From positions 180,498 to 244,497 of the forward strand of contig JAQVJR010000001.1 in NCBI GenBank assembly GCA_028695015.1: DNA of 64,000 bases, in the 5' to 3' direction. The notes under the pieces are model-generated. The model searched no databases. It saw nothing but the letters and a program-made list of their open reading frames with translations, and was not told where the DNA came from. Shown one piece after another: positions 28,371 through 39,040 of the stretch (the stretch's first letter is position 1; each line of letters begins with the position of its first letter). The position numbers were made by a program, and so were the translations under genes. This DNA is from Minisyncoccota bacterium (lineage in GTDB: Bacteria; Patescibacteriota; Minisyncoccia; UBA6257).

Positions 28371-30416
28371 TTATCTAATTTTTGCGCCTAGAGATTTTAA
28401 GGCTTTGTAAATCTTTTCCATTTCTTTATCAATCTCAATATTAGTTAAGGTGTGTTTTGGTGATCTAAAAACAAGATGGAAAGATAGGCTTTTACTTCCT
28501 AAAGGTAAGTTTTTACCCATATAAACATCAAATAAATCTATTTCTTTTAAGAAAGAAGAAGAGGTTTTTTGCAAAATATTGAAAATCTCACCAATAAGAA
28601 TATCTTTTGAAATTACAAAAGAAATATCTCTAATAACAGCTGGGTATTTAGGTAAGGCTTGAAATTCTTTTTCCTTTTTAGCTAAATCAAACAAAGGCCT
28701 TAATTTAATTTCCCAAAACATTGTTTCTCCTTGACAATCATAATGTTTTTTTAAAAAATCTTGAGGTTTACCTAAGGCACCAATGAGTTTTTGATTAATA
28801 AAAATCCCTGCTCCTTGTTCTAATAAATCTGAATACTCTGTCTTTTTTAAGTCTTGAAAAATACAATCATGTTGATTAATACCAAGAATAATTAATAAAT
28901 CCTCAATCATGCCTTTAGCTTGATAGAATAATTGATTATTATCTAAATTGGTTTTTTGAGCCAAAATTCCACTAAAAACATATTCTTCTTTTTTAGGAAA
29001 ATAGATATTCCCTAATTCAAAAAACCTAATTTTATCAACAAAGCGAAAATTATCTCTAGCATTCTTTAAAAGATTGATTAAAAGAGTTGGTCTTAAATAT
29101 TGAGTTAAAGAACTAGTTGGGTTTTCTATTTCAATCATCTTTTGTTGCCATTGTTGAGGTAAGATATTTTTATCTTTATTAGAAATAAAAGAATAGTTAT
29201 AGGTTTCATATAATCTGTATTCTTTGAATTGGTCTTTAATTTTTTCACGAAATAGCCAAAATTCATTTTTAGTAGGAGGTTTTAATTCTTCTTTGGGCAA
29301 AATAGGCTCAATCAAATCAATACCTTCTAATCTAGCTACCTCTCCCATAACATCTTCTTTAATTAAGATATCATTGCGGAATCTAGGTTGAATAACTAAA
29401 AGATGATTTTTATGTTTTGTAAATGAAAAACCTAATAAATCAAGATTTTTTAAGATTCTTTCTTTTTTTATTGACCAGCCTAGAAACTTTTCCCAATCTT
29501 CCCATTTGATAGAAATGGGTTTTTTAACACTTTTCCAACTATTAATATCTTTTATTTTTTCTACTCTTCCTTTTATAATATTACCTCCGGCTATTTGTTG
29601 GATTAACTCTGCTAAGCGATCTAAGGCATAAGAAGTTAATTCCAAAGGCACATTATGTTCAAATCTCCAAGAAGCATCTGTAGCCAAGCCTAGGGATTTA
29701 GAAGTTAAACGAATATTACTCCCTTTAAAATTAGCACTTTCCAAAATTATATTCTGGGTTTTTTTGCTAACAGCTGTTTCCTGGCCTCCTTTAATACCAG
29801 CTAAAGCAATGGGCATTTTACTATCAGCAATCACCATCATTTCTTTATTTAGGAGATATTTTTGATCATCAAGAGCATTAAGTATTTCTTTATCTTTTGC
29901 CTGCCTGATAATAATCTTTTTTTTAGAATTTTCAGGATCAATTGTATCAAAATCAAATACATGAAGAGGTTGCCCAGTTTCTATCATTACATAATTAGCA
30001 ACATCAACTAAATTATTAATTGGTCGAATGCCACAATCTTTTAATCTCTGTTTTAACCATAGAGGAGATTCTTTAACCTTAACTCCTTGTAATATCCTTG
30101 CTGCATAATACCTGCAATTTATTGTTTTAATATCTAAAGATAATAAATCATTAATTGAATTTTTTTTATCTTCTTTAAAAACAGGCTCTGGAGAATTAAA
30201 ACGTTGATTTAAGCAAGCACTTATTTCTCTTGCTAAACTGAGATGACCAGAAGCCCAACCAATTTGATTAGATAATAATTCAACTTCTAGAATAGGTCTT
30301 TTACCCAAACTCTTAACTGTGGTTTCAGCAAAATACATTGTTAAAATCTCTGCCAATTGCTTTGGCGTTTGTTTTAATTTTAATAAATCTTTTAACCAAT
30401 TAAACGAAACTTTCAT
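28371..30416 (-). CDS. pheT: Phenylalanine--tRNA ligase beta subunit, lacking the B2 OB domain
   Basis: INNLVDVANYVMIETGQPLHVFD, B5 region, FDX-ACB (RDISF, LFDVY). Confidence 0.95.
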   Translation of the reverse strand: MKVSFNWLKDLLKLKQTPKQLAEILTMYFAETTVKSLGKRPILEVELLSNQIGWASGHLSLAREISACLNQRFNSPEPVFKEDKKNSINDLLSLDIKTINCRYYAARILQGVKVKESPLWLKQRLKDCGIRPINNLVDVANYVMIETGQPLHVFDFDTIDPENSKKKIIIRQAKDKEILNALDDQKYLLNKEMMVIADSKMPIALAGIKGGQETAVSKKTQNIILESANFKGSNIRLTSKSLGLATDASWRFEHNVPLELTSYALDRLAELIQQIAGGNIIKGRVEKIKDINSWKSVKKPISIKWEDWEKFLGWSIKKERILKNLDLLGFSFTKHKNHLLVIQPRFRNDILIKEDVMGEVARLEGIDLIEPILPKEELKPPTKNEFWLFREKIKDQFKEYRLYETYNYSFISNKDKNILPQQWQQKMIEIENPTSSLTQYLRPTLLINLLKNARDNFRFVDKIRFFELGNIYFPKKEEYVFSGILAQKTNLDNNQLFYQAKGMIEDLLIILGINQHDCIFQDLKKTEYSDLLEQGAGIFINQKLIGALGKPQDFLKKHYDCQGETMFWEIKLRPLFDLAKKEKEFQALPKYPAVIRDISFVISKDILIGEIFNILQKTSSSFLKEIDLFDVYMGKNLPLGSKSLSFHLVFRSPKHTLTNIEIDKEMEKIYKALKSLGAKIR

Positions 30417-30428
30417 TATGTGAATATT

Positions 30429-31424
30429 TTAAAATTGTTCAAGAAATCTAATATCTGAATTAAAAAACAACCTAATATCATTAATTTTATACTTAATCAT
30501 AGCAATTCTTTCTATTCCTAAGCCAAAAGCAAATCCTTGCCATTGATTATTTTTATAACCTGCTTTTTTAAATAATTCAGGATGCACCATACCTGCTCCC
30601 ATAATTTCTAACCAATCACCATTTTTTAACCTTATATCCACTTCTACTCCTGGAGCTACAAAAGGAAAATAACTAGGTCTAAAACGCACTTCAACTTCTT
30701 GTTGGAAAATATTTTTCATTAATTCATTAATAACTGCTTTAAAATTAGCTAAGGTAATATTTTCTCCAACCATTAATCCTTCTATCTGAAAAAACTGAAT
30801 TTCATGAGAAGCATCAGTGGCCTCATAACGAAAGCACTTTCCAGGTACAATAATACGAAATGGAGGTTGATGTTTTTCCATATAACGCATTTGCATTGGA
30901 CTAGTATGTGTTCTTAATAACAATCTTGATTTTTCTTTTGTGGATTTTGATTTAATCCAAAGCGTATCCCACATTTCTCTTGCTGGATGATCTTCAGGAA
31001 TATTTAAAGCATCAAAATTATAATACTCAGTTTCTATCTCTGGTCCTTCAATAATTGAAAAACCCATTTGTTCAAAGGAAGCAATAATCTCTCTAGCTGT
31101 TAAGGTTAGGGGGTGTAAATGTCCTAAGAATTGTTTTTCCCCTGGCTGGGTAATATCTAAAAAACTATCCTTTTTTTTAAAAATATTCTTTTCTATTTCT
31201 TCTTTTTTATCCTTATACAATGTTATTAATTCCTTATGAACCTTATTAGCTTTCTCTCCTAAATGTTTTTTTTCTTCAGGAGATAATTGAGCTAAAGAAT
31301 TAAAAAATAAAGAAAGGGCGCTTTTCCTCCCTAAATATTGAATCCGCCATTGTTCTAATTCTGATGATTCTTCTATTAAAGAAATACTTTTTTTAGCTTG
31401 TTGCGCTAATTTTTCTAAATCCAT
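30429..31424 (-). CDS. pheS: Phenylalanine--tRNA ligase alpha subunit
   Basis: HPAR, LRTHTS, FRPSYFPF, GFAFGLGIER. Confidence 0.98.
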   Translation of the reverse strand: MDLEKLAQQAKKSISLIEESSELEQWRIQYLGRKSALSLFFNSLAQLSPEEKKHLGEKANKVHKELITLYKDKKEEIEKNIFKKKDSFLDITQPGEKQFLGHLHPLTLTAREIIASFEQMGFSIIEGPEIETEYYNFDALNIPEDHPAREMWDTLWIKSKSTKEKSRLLLRTHTSPMQMRYMEKHQPPFRIIVPGKCFRYEATDASHEIQFFQIEGLMVGENITLANFKAVINELMKNIFQQEVEVRFRPSYFPFVAPGVEVDIRLKNGDWLEIMGAGMVHPELFKKAGYKNNQWQGFAFGLGIERIAMIKYKINDIRLFFNSDIRFLEQF

Positions 31425-31555
31425 TTCTTTTCTTATATCTATAAGTTTACGCTAAAATGATGCTTTTTTCAACCCCTAAAAATTAGATAAATTGCGAAAA
31501 TCCCTAAAAAGAGATATACTAATTTTAATTCAATAATATTTCATTTTTATTTATT

Positions 31556-32275
31556 ATGGCTGGACATTCTAAATGGGCAAAAGTAAAATATCAAAAAGCT
31601 ATTAAAGACCCAAAAAGAAGTAAAGCTTTTTCTAAACTATCTGCTTTAATAACGGTTGCTGCTAGAGATAGTGGCGACATTGAGTCAAATCCAAAATTAA
31701 GAATGGCTGTTGATAAAGCTAAGGAAATAGGCATGCCTAAAGAGAATATAGAAAAAGCCATTAAAAGAGGCTCTGGAGAGATAAAAGAAGGAGAAAAATT
31801 AGAAGAAATTATGTGTGAAGCTTATGCTCCTGGAGGTTCAGCCTTATTAATTCAAGCTATTACTAATAATAAAAATCGCACTATTGCCGAGATAAAACAT
31901 ATTTTACAAAAAAATCAGGCTAAAATGGCTGATACCGGAAGTGTCTTATGGTCATTTAAGGAAATGGGAAAAATCATTTTGCCAAAAAAATTCTGGAATG
32001 ATGAAATTTCCTTAGCGGCAATAGAAAAAGGAGCAGAAGAAATCAAGGAAGAAGATAATCAAGTAATTATTTACACTGCTTTTCAAAATTTCTCCCAGAT
32101 GAAAAATTTCCTTTTAGAGCATATAGATGATGAATTTCTTAAAACAGAAATTGATTTTATCAGCCAACAACCAATTGATATTACTGACCCTGAAATAAAA
32201 AACAAATTAGAGCAATTATTTAACGAATTAGATGAACACAATGATGTGGAAGAAATTTACTCTAATATACAATAA
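31556..32275 (+). CDS. yebC: YebC/PmpR family protein
   Basis: MAGHSKW start, NKNRT, DVEEIYSN. Confidence 0.95.
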   Translation: MAGHSKWAKVKYQKAIKDPKRSKAFSKLSALITVAARDSGDIESNPKLRMAVDKAKEIGMPKENIEKAIKRGSGEIKEGEKLEEIMCEAYAPGGSALLIQAITNNKNRTIAEIKHILQKNQAKMADTGSVLWSFKEMGKIILPKKFWNDEISLAAIEKGAEEIKEEDNQVIIYTAFQNFSQMKNFLLEHIDDEFLKTEIDFISQQPIDITDPEIKNKLEQLFNELDEHNDVEEIYSNIQ

Positions 32276-32282
32276 TTAATTT

Positions 32283-32777
32283 ATGATTATCTTAGGCATT
32301 GACCCAGGCACTACTCGTATTGGTTGGGCTGTATTAAAGGCAACTAAAAACAATGTAAAACCAATTGATTATGGCTGTTGGGAAACAACTAAAACAACCC
32401 AGGGTCAAAGATTATTAAAAATATCTAAAAATCTAAATCAAGCTATAAAAAAACACCAACCATCTATAGTGGCTATTGAAAAGGTTTTCTTTTTTAAAAA
32501 CGCTAAAACTGTAATGAGTGTTAGTGAAGCTATTGGTGTTATTATCTTAATTCTTGAAAAACATCATTTACCATATATTGAATTAACCCCATTAGAGATT
32601 AAGCGAAATCTAGTTGGTTATGGCCGAGCAGATAAAAAAGATGTTCAAAAAACTATTCAATGCTTCTTTTCTTTAGAGGTAATGCCTAAGCCTGATGATA
32701 TAGCTGATGCCTTAGCTGTTGCCTTAGCCGGTATTAATAAACTCAATGATTCAAAAACAAAACATAAAAATGACTAA
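32283..32777 (+). CDS. ruvC: Holliday junction resolvase
   Basis: ILGIDPG, GYGRADK, DDIADALA. Confidence 0.96.
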   Translation: MIILGIDPGTTRIGWAVLKATKNNVKPIDYGCWETTKTTQGQRLLKISKNLNQAIKKHQPSIVAIEKVFFFKNAKTVMSVSEAIGVIILILEKHHLPYIELTPLEIKRNLVGYGRADKKDVQKTIQCFFSLEVMPKPDDIADALAVALAGINKLNDSKTKHKND

Positions 32778-35244
32778 AAAAACTTTTTCCCTTATTGGAT
32801 TAATATTAATCATTGCCTGTGTTTTTGCTGGTTTGTTTGTATTTTTCCTTGCCCAGGGATTACCTGATCCTTCTGCTTTTGATGATCGAGTTGTACCCCA
32901 ATCAACTAAAATCTATGACCGCACAGGAAAGATTTTACTTTATGAAATTCATGGTGGTGAAAAAAGAACTGTAGTTAGCTTAGAAAAAATTTCTCCTTAT
33001 GTTCTTAAAGCTGTTTTAGCAGCTGAAGACCATAATTTTTACAAACACCATGGTTTTTCAATCAAAGGCTTTGCTCGAGCAATGATTCAAAACTTATTAA
33101 ACCCTTCTCAGCTTCGCGGAGGCTCTACAATTACCCAACAATTAGCCCGAAATGCTTTCCTAACTCTTGATAAAACAATGGTTAGAAAGATTCGTGAAGC
33201 GCTTTTAACAATAAAAATTGAAAAAAACTATTCCAAAGATGAAATTATAGAACTCTATCTTAATCAAATAAATTTTGGCCATAATGTTTATGGCATTGAA
33301 TCTGCCAGTAAATTTTATTTTAATAAAGAAGCAGAAAGCCTTACCTTAGCAGAAGCCACTTATTTAATCGCCCTTATCCAATCCCCTAACTACTTATCTC
33401 CTTTTGGTAATCATCTTGAAGATTTAGAATCAAGAAAAGAATGGATCTTATCCAGAATTGAACTTCTAAAATATTATCCTAAAGAAGAAATAGAGAATGC
33501 CCGTGAAGAAAAAGTTGTTTTCAGTCCTTCAGAAAAAGGAGAGTTTTTAGCGCCTCATTTTGTAATGTATGTTCGTGGTTTACTTTATGAAAAATTCAGT
33601 GAGGAAGAATTAGAAAAAGGAGGCTATACCATTATTACTACTTTAGATATGAATCTTCAGAATTTAGCTGAAGATTTAGTAGAAAAATATGGTGATTTTA
33701 ATGAAACACAAGTAGGGGCTAAAAATATGGGCTTTCTTGCTGAAGACCCAAATACTGGTCAGATTTTAGCCATGGTGGGCTCAAGAGATTATTGGGATAT
33801 AGAAGCTGAAGGAAATGTTAATACAACCCTGAGCACTCGTCAACCTGGTTCTTCTTTTAAACCAATTGTTTATGCTACTCTTTTTGAAAAAGGATTTTTA
33901 CCAGAAAATATTGTTTTTGATGTAGCTATTGATGGCCGCACTGCTAATTTCTCTACCAACCCTCAATCACCATATCTAGTTACTAATTATGATAGTAAAA
34001 CTAGAGGCCCAGTAAGTTTACGCACTGCTTTAGCTGAATCCTTAAATATCCCTGCAGTTAAAGTATTGTATTTGGCTGGTGTTCAAAATACTATTGATAG
34101 TGCAAAAAAATTTGGCATTACTACTCTTACTGATTCTCCTCAGCATTATGGGTTAAGTTTGGTTTTAGGTGGTGGTGGTATTAAGTTAACTGAATTAGTC
34201 CATGCTTATTCAGTTTTTAATCAAGATGGAATTTTTCATCCCCAAAGCTCTATTCTTCAAATAAAAGATAGCCATGGAGTGATTATTGAAGAATTTACAC
34301 TAGAACAAAAACAAGTTATCAATCTTCAAACTGCTCGCTTAATCACTGATGTCCTTTCAGATAATAGTGCTCGAGCCCCTACCTTTGGTTGGGATAATCC
34401 ATTACATTTTAATAATTTTCAAGTAGCGGCTAAAACTGGTACTGATTCTGAATATCGTGATGCTTGGACTGTTGGCTACACTACTTCATTAACTGCTGGG
34501 GTTTGGGTTGGTAATAATGATCGGTCAATTGTAAGTCAAATTGGAGCTCCTGGTGCTATGTTAGCTGCTCCTTGTTGGCATGAATTTATGGAAAAGGCAG
34601 TTCAATTTTATCCCCCAGGAACCTTTAATAAACCCTTGCCTTATACTTCTGAAGATATTATTAGATCTTCTACTCCCATGCTTAATGGACAATACATCAG
34701 TTCTCAAGAATACAAAAACATCAACACTGAAGAAACTATCATTAAAAAAGAAGTTCATAATATTCTTTATTATGTAAATAAAAACAATCTTTTAGATTCT
34801 CCCCCTCTTAATCCTTTAGGTGATTCTCAATTTTGGGTCTGGGAAACTCCAGTTCTTTTATGGGCTCAGAGAAATATTCCTAATTTTGATACAGAATATA
34901 ATCAAAACTTAGGACCAGAATACATTCCTCTTAAACCCATTCAAGAAAATGAAGAAATTATTGAATTCCCAGATCTCCCTCAAATAGAATTTATCTCCCC
35001 AGACAATGGTGTTTTTGTTAGTTCAGATTTTAATATTGAAATAGAAATTAATAGTACTGATGGAATTATTGATACTAAAATCTATCTTAATCAAAAACTC
35101 TTAGGTTCTTTAAATAAAATAGAAGAGAATAAATATATCTATAGAATTAACTGGCATGAATTAATTAGTCAAAATGAAATTAAAATTGAAGCCTTTGATA
35201 GCTTCAATCAAAAAGGTACAAATTCTATTATTATCTTTAAATAG
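32770..35244 (+). CDS. Class A penicillin-binding protein (PBP1A family)
   Basis: GT51 motifs AAEDHNFY and GGSTITQQL; transpeptidase motifs SSFK, SLN, KTG; C-terminal Ig-like domain. Confidence 0.95.
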   Translation: MTKKTFSLIGLILIIACVFAGLFVFFLAQGLPDPSAFDDRVVPQSTKIYDRTGKILLYEIHGGEKRTVVSLEKISPYVLKAVLAAEDHNFYKHHGFSIKGFARAMIQNLLNPSQLRGGSTITQQLARNAFLTLDKTMVRKIREALLTIKIEKNYSKDEIIELYLNQINFGHNVYGIESASKFYFNKEAESLTLAEATYLIALIQSPNYLSPFGNHLEDLESRKEWILSRIELLKYYPKEEIENAREEKVVFSPSEKGEFLAPHFVMYVRGLLYEKFSEEELEKGGYTIITTLDMNLQNLAEDLVEKYGDFNETQVGAKNMGFLAEDPNTGQILAMVGSRDYWDIEAEGNVNTTLSTRQPGSSFKPIVYATLFEKGFLPENIVFDVAIDGRTANFSTNPQSPYLVTNYDSKTRGPVSLRTALAESLNIPAVKVLYLAGVQNTIDSAKKFGITTLTDSPQHYGLSLVLGGGGIKLTELVHAYSVFNQDGIFHPQSSILQIKDSHGVIIEEFTLEQKQVINLQTARLITDVLSDNSARAPTFGWDNPLHFNNFQVAAKTGTDSEYRDAWTVGYTTSLTAGVWVGNNDRSIVSQIGAPGAMLAAPCWHEFMEKAVQFYPPGTFNKPLPYTSEDIIRSSTPMLNGQYISSQEYKNINTEETIIKKEVHNILYYVNKNNLLDSPPLNPLGDSQFWVWETPVLLWAQRNIPNFDTEYNQNLGPEYIPLKPIQENEEIIEFPDLPQIEFISPDNGVFVSSDFNIEIEINSTDGIIDTKIYLNQKLLGSLNKIEENKYIYRINWHELISQNEIKIEAFDSFNQKGTNSIIIFK

Positions 35245-35246
35245 AA

Positions 35247-35543
35247 TTATTTAATTTTGTAGAAAATTTTATTAATTTTAATTTCTGGAACTTTTTCCTC
35301 TAAATATTTCCTAAAGTTCAATTCATCTAAACGTAACTCTGATGAAATGACATTTTGAAAACATTGAATAGTTAAACGCCCTTTATCAAAAGAAATGGCC
35401 CGAATTGCATTAGAAGGCCATTTTTTAATATCCCTAAAATATTGATTAGCTAAACTAACTACCTGACGTCCAGAAATAACTGATTTAAATTTATCAGCTT
35501 CTAGCCAAGAATTTAAAATATTTTTAATTGGAATAAAAACCAC
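35247..35543 (-). CDS. DciA/DUF721-like protein
   Basis: Size, position directly after dnaN, and G.L.I.....SELRL pattern. Confidence 0.6.
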   Translation of the reverse strand: MVFIPIKNILNSWLEADKFKSVISGRQVVSLANQYFRDIKKWPSNAIRAISFDKGRLTIQCFQNVISSELRLDELNFRKYLEEKVPEIKINKIFYKIK

Positions 35544-35547
35544 AGAT

Positions 35548-36684
35548 TTAAATCTTTATTGGCATTAAGATATATACAAAGGTATCATCATCTTTATCTC
35601 TAATTAATCCAGGATTTGATTCTTTATTTAAGCCAATAAAAACTTCTTCATTTTTTACAGCATTTAATCCATCTAATAGAAATCTGTAATTAAAACTAAT
35701 TTCTAAAGCATTCCCTGATATTTCTTTTGGTATTAATACAGTCTGACTCTTGCCTAAAGTTAAATCCTGGGCTTCAAGAATAATTTCTTTTTTATCAGGA
35801 TTAAAACTGAATTTAACATCATTAACCCGACCGCTGAATAAACCTACTATCTTCACTGCTTCAGCTAATTCTTTTTTCTCAAAGACAATTTTATTCTCAA
35901 AATCCTTAGGAATAATTGAAGAATATTTTGGATAATCAGCATTGATTAAACGTGAAATAACTCGAATATTAGAAAAAGAAAATTGAATTTGATTTGATTC
36001 AGGAGTTATCCTGATTAAAGATTCATCACTTTCCATATTTTCTTGAACTAATCTTAAAACTTCTTGAGCTGTTCTTAAAGGAATAATTACTTCAATATCA
36101 TTTTTAATATTTGTTTTTACTTGAGAAGAAGGAAATACTTTTTCTGATAAACGAAAACTATCTGTACCTACTAGTTTTAATGTATTTTTACTTCCTGAGG
36201 TTTCTAATTTAAACAAAACCCCATTTAACTCAGCTTTTGGAGAAGAATAGCTCACACTGGGTAAAATTTGAATTAAAGCTTGTTCAAAATCACTTTTCCC
36301 TATTTCTATATATTTATCTGCTTTTGTTTCTGGAATAATAGGAAATTCTTCAGGATTAAATCCTTGAAAAGTTGTATTGTATTTCCCACTTTTAACAATT
36401 AGATTATTATTCTTTTCTTCTAAGCTTATCTTTTCTTCTGAAAGATTACTCAAGAAATTAGAAAAAGTTTTAGCTGGAATAACAAACTTACCTTCTTTTT
36501 CAGTTTTTCCAGTGATCACTAACTCAATTCCAATTTCCAAATCAGTAGCAAAGACATGAAGTTTATTAGTATTTGTTTTTAAAAGGATATTGCTTAAAAC
36601 AGGAAGAGTTAAATTTTTTCCAGTTATTTTCTCAGCAGAATTAATTGCTTTTTTAATTGTTTCCACCAAAGTAGTAAATTTCAT
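35548..36684 (-). CDS. dnaN: DNA polymerase III beta clamp
   Basis: ATDLEIG, GTDSFRL, C-terminal YILMPIKI. Confidence 0.97.
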   Translation of the reverse strand: MKFTTLVETIKKAINSAEKITGKNLTLPVLSNILLKTNTNKLHVFATDLEIGIELVITGKTEKEGKFVIPAKTFSNFLSNLSEEKISLEEKNNNLIVKSGKYNTTFQGFNPEEFPIIPETKADKYIEIGKSDFEQALIQILPSVSYSSPKAELNGVLFKLETSGSKNTLKLVGTDSFRLSEKVFPSSQVKTNIKNDIEVIIPLRTAQEVLRLVQENMESDESLIRITPESNQIQFSFSNIRVISRLINADYPKYSSIIPKDFENKIVFEKKELAEAVKIVGLFSGRVNDVKFSFNPDKKEIILEAQDLTLGKSQTVLIPKEISGNALEISFNYRFLLDGLNAVKNEEVFIGLNKESNPGLIRDKDDDTFVYILMPIKI

Positions 36685-36952
36685 ATTTTTAATTATTTTA
36701 AATTTTTAATAATAAATTAATATATAATATAAATTATTGTTATAATTAGGGGCTTGTTTTTCTGGGGATAAACCTTTTTAATGTCTTTATTGAGTCTTTT
36801 CTCATGAATTAATATAGGGATAAAATGTTGAAAACTAATGGATATTTTGAGAACAATAAGTGGATTAAAACAGGTGAAAAGGATTTATTAAATTTATACA
36901 ACAAAAGATTCACTTCTAAAACACAATTTATTCACTAATTATCAACAAGGAA
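36685..36952. other. Replication origin oriC (dnaA-dnaN intergenic part)
   Basis: AT-rich unwinding region 36685-36748, short GC patch, DnaA-box variants TGGGGATAA (36763), TTATTCACT (36928), TTATCAACA (36939). Confidence 0.75.
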
Positions 36953-38323
36953 TTATTTGTTATAAATCATCTCTTTTAGGATATTTACTTCCTGAGCAAA
37001 TACTGGATTTTCTTCTATTTCTTTATTAATTTTTTTATAAGCATGAATAATTGTAGTATGATCTCGGTTCCCTATTTTTTCAGCAATATTAGTGTAAGAA
37101 TATTTAAATTCTTCTCTTAAGAGATACATTACAATTTGCCTTGGTTTTACTAGTTCTTTCTTTTTTGAATGTCCTAAAATTTCACTTTCACTTAAGTCAT
37201 AAAAAGAAGCAATCTTTTTTATAACCTCCTTAGGTGGGATATATTGATTAGTTTTATTTAAAATTAAAGATAAGATTTTCTTTACTTCATCAATAGTAAT
37301 CATTCCATTTTTTAATCGGGCATGAACGATAACTCTATTGAGGGCTCCTTCTAATTCTCTAATATTACGAGAAATAGTTTCAGCAATATATTTTAAAACA
37401 TCATCTCCAATTAAATGGCTTACTTCCTGGCTCTTGGCTTTTAAAATAGCTAAACGAGTTTCAAAATCAGGATAACCAATATCAGCAATCATCCCTCCTT
37501 CAAAACGAGACCTCAAACGTTCTTCAATTGAAGGAATGGATTTTGGTGGCCGATCAGAAGTAAAAACAATTTGTTTATTTTTTCCATGCAGATTATTAAA
37601 AGTATGAAAGAGTTCTTCTTGAGTTTTATCTTTCCCAGCAATAAATTGAATATCATCTATTAAAAGTAAGTCTAAATTACGAAAACTTTTTTTAAAATCA
37701 GTCATTTTCTGATTACGAATAGCATTAATAAGCTCATCAGTAAATTTCTCAGAAGAAGCATATTTAATTTTAAGTTTTTTATTTTCTGATTTTAATCGGT
37801 TACCAATGGCCTGTAATAAATGAGTTTTACCTAGCCCAACACCACCATAAATAAATAAAGGATTATATTTACTACCTAGGTTTTCTGTGATTGCTAAAGC
37901 AGCAGCATTAGCCAATTCATTATTAGTACCCACAATGAAATTTTCAAAAGTATATTTAGGATTTAAATTAGTGTCAGGATCAATATTAAATTCTAAGGGT
38001 TCATCCAGGACTGATGTTTTCTTTGATTGGATGGATTGTTTTTTCTTAACCTGACTAATTTTCTTAAGAGCGGTTTTATCTGTAGTTACAATGTATTCGA
38101 TTTGTTTTATTGTGGGCTCTAAGTTATAAAGAGCACCTAAGATTTGTTTATTATATTTATTTTTTAACCACTCTTTTGTAAAATTAGAAGGCACTCCTAA
38201 AAAAACAGTGCTTTCTTTAAAGTCCACAATAAAAGCGTCTTTAAACCAAGTTAAATAATTAGCCTTAGAAATATTTAATTTTATTTCTCCTAAAGCTGAT
38301 TCCCAGAGTTCTTGAAAATTCAT
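36953..38323 (-). CDS. dnaA: Chromosomal replication initiator
   Basis: YNPLFIYGGVGLGKTHL, RELEGAL, RDHTTIIH. Confidence 0.98.
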   Translation of the reverse strand: MNFQELWESALGEIKLNISKANYLTWFKDAFIVDFKESTVFLGVPSNFTKEWLKNKYNKQILGALYNLEPTIKQIEYIVTTDKTALKKISQVKKKQSIQSKKTSVLDEPLEFNIDPDTNLNPKYTFENFIVGTNNELANAAALAITENLGSKYNPLFIYGGVGLGKTHLLQAIGNRLKSENKKLKIKYASSEKFTDELINAIRNQKMTDFKKSFRNLDLLLIDDIQFIAGKDKTQEELFHTFNNLHGKNKQIVFTSDRPPKSIPSIEERLRSRFEGGMIADIGYPDFETRLAILKAKSQEVSHLIGDDVLKYIAETISRNIRELEGALNRVIVHARLKNGMITIDEVKKILSLILNKTNQYIPPKEVIKKIASFYDLSESEILGHSKKKELVKPRQIVMYLLREEFKYSYTNIAEKIGNRDHTTIIHAYKKINKEIEENPVFAQEVNILKEMIYNK

Positions 38324-38412
38324 AAAATAAATTTAAATAACAATAATAATTAGTAGAAGTTAATATAAGTATAAAACAAATTAATTCTTCTTCCAAATTT
38401 TACAACCGGTTT

Positions 38413-38432
38413 AGTGGATAAAGTGTTGATAA
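38413..38432. promoter_or_regulatory. DnaA boxes upstream of dnaA
   Basis: AGTGGATAA and TGTTGATAA in tandem, each one mismatch from TGTGGATAA. Confidence 0.7.
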
Positions 38433-38521
38433 TTAGTGAATTTGATATTATATAAAGATTTTGTTATGCTGTTTAGTACTGAAGAAATATTCCTAAATAA
38501 ATACAATTTAATTAATTCAAA

Positions 38522-38656
38522 ATGTCTGTTACTTATCAACCTAAAAAGAAAAAAAGAGCCCGAAAGCATGGATTTTTAAAAAGAATGTCCTCTTCTGGTG
38601 GTAAAAGAATTATCACTCATCGACGTAGAAAGAAAAGAAAAAAACTCAGTCCTTAA
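38522..38656 (+). CDS. rpmH: 50S ribosomal protein L34
   Basis: Manual translation MSVTYQPKKKKRARKHGFLKRMSSSGGKRIITHRRRKKRKKLSP. Confidence 0.97.
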   Translation: MSVTYQPKKKKRARKHGFLKRMSSSGGKRIITHRRRKKRKKLSP

Positions 38657-38704
38657 AATTGAGCTACTTTTAATAGCTCAAATTTTTTTATAATAAAATA
38701 ATCA

Positions 38705-39037
38705 ATGTTGCCTAAGAGTAATAGAATTAATTCTTCTATTATTTTCAAAGAAATTTTGCAACGAGGCCAAAGAAAAGAACATCTATATTTTAGAGTTTTG
38801 TTTCTAAAGAACAATCTTAAAAAATCTCGTTTTGCAGTTATTGTTAGTTCAAAAAATTATCGTTTGGCAGTAAAAAGAAATTTAATAAAAAGAAGAGTAA
38901 AAAATATTTTAAGAGAATTAATAAACTCTCTTCCCAAAGGTTTTGATGTTCTTATTTTCATTAAAAAAGATTGCCTTAATATAAGTTTCCAAGAGTTACA
39001 AACTCAGTTAAAAGAACTTTTACTAAGAATATTATAA
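38705..39037 (+). CDS. rnpA: RNase P protein component
   Basis: AVKRNLIKRR (RNR motif) and synteny. Confidence 0.95.
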   Translation: MLPKSNRINSSIIFKEILQRGQRKEHLYFRVLFLKNNLKKSRFAVIVSSKNYRLAVKRNLIKRRVKNILRELINSLPKGFDVLIFIKKDCLNISFQELQTQLKELLLRIL

Positions 39038-39040
39038 AAA

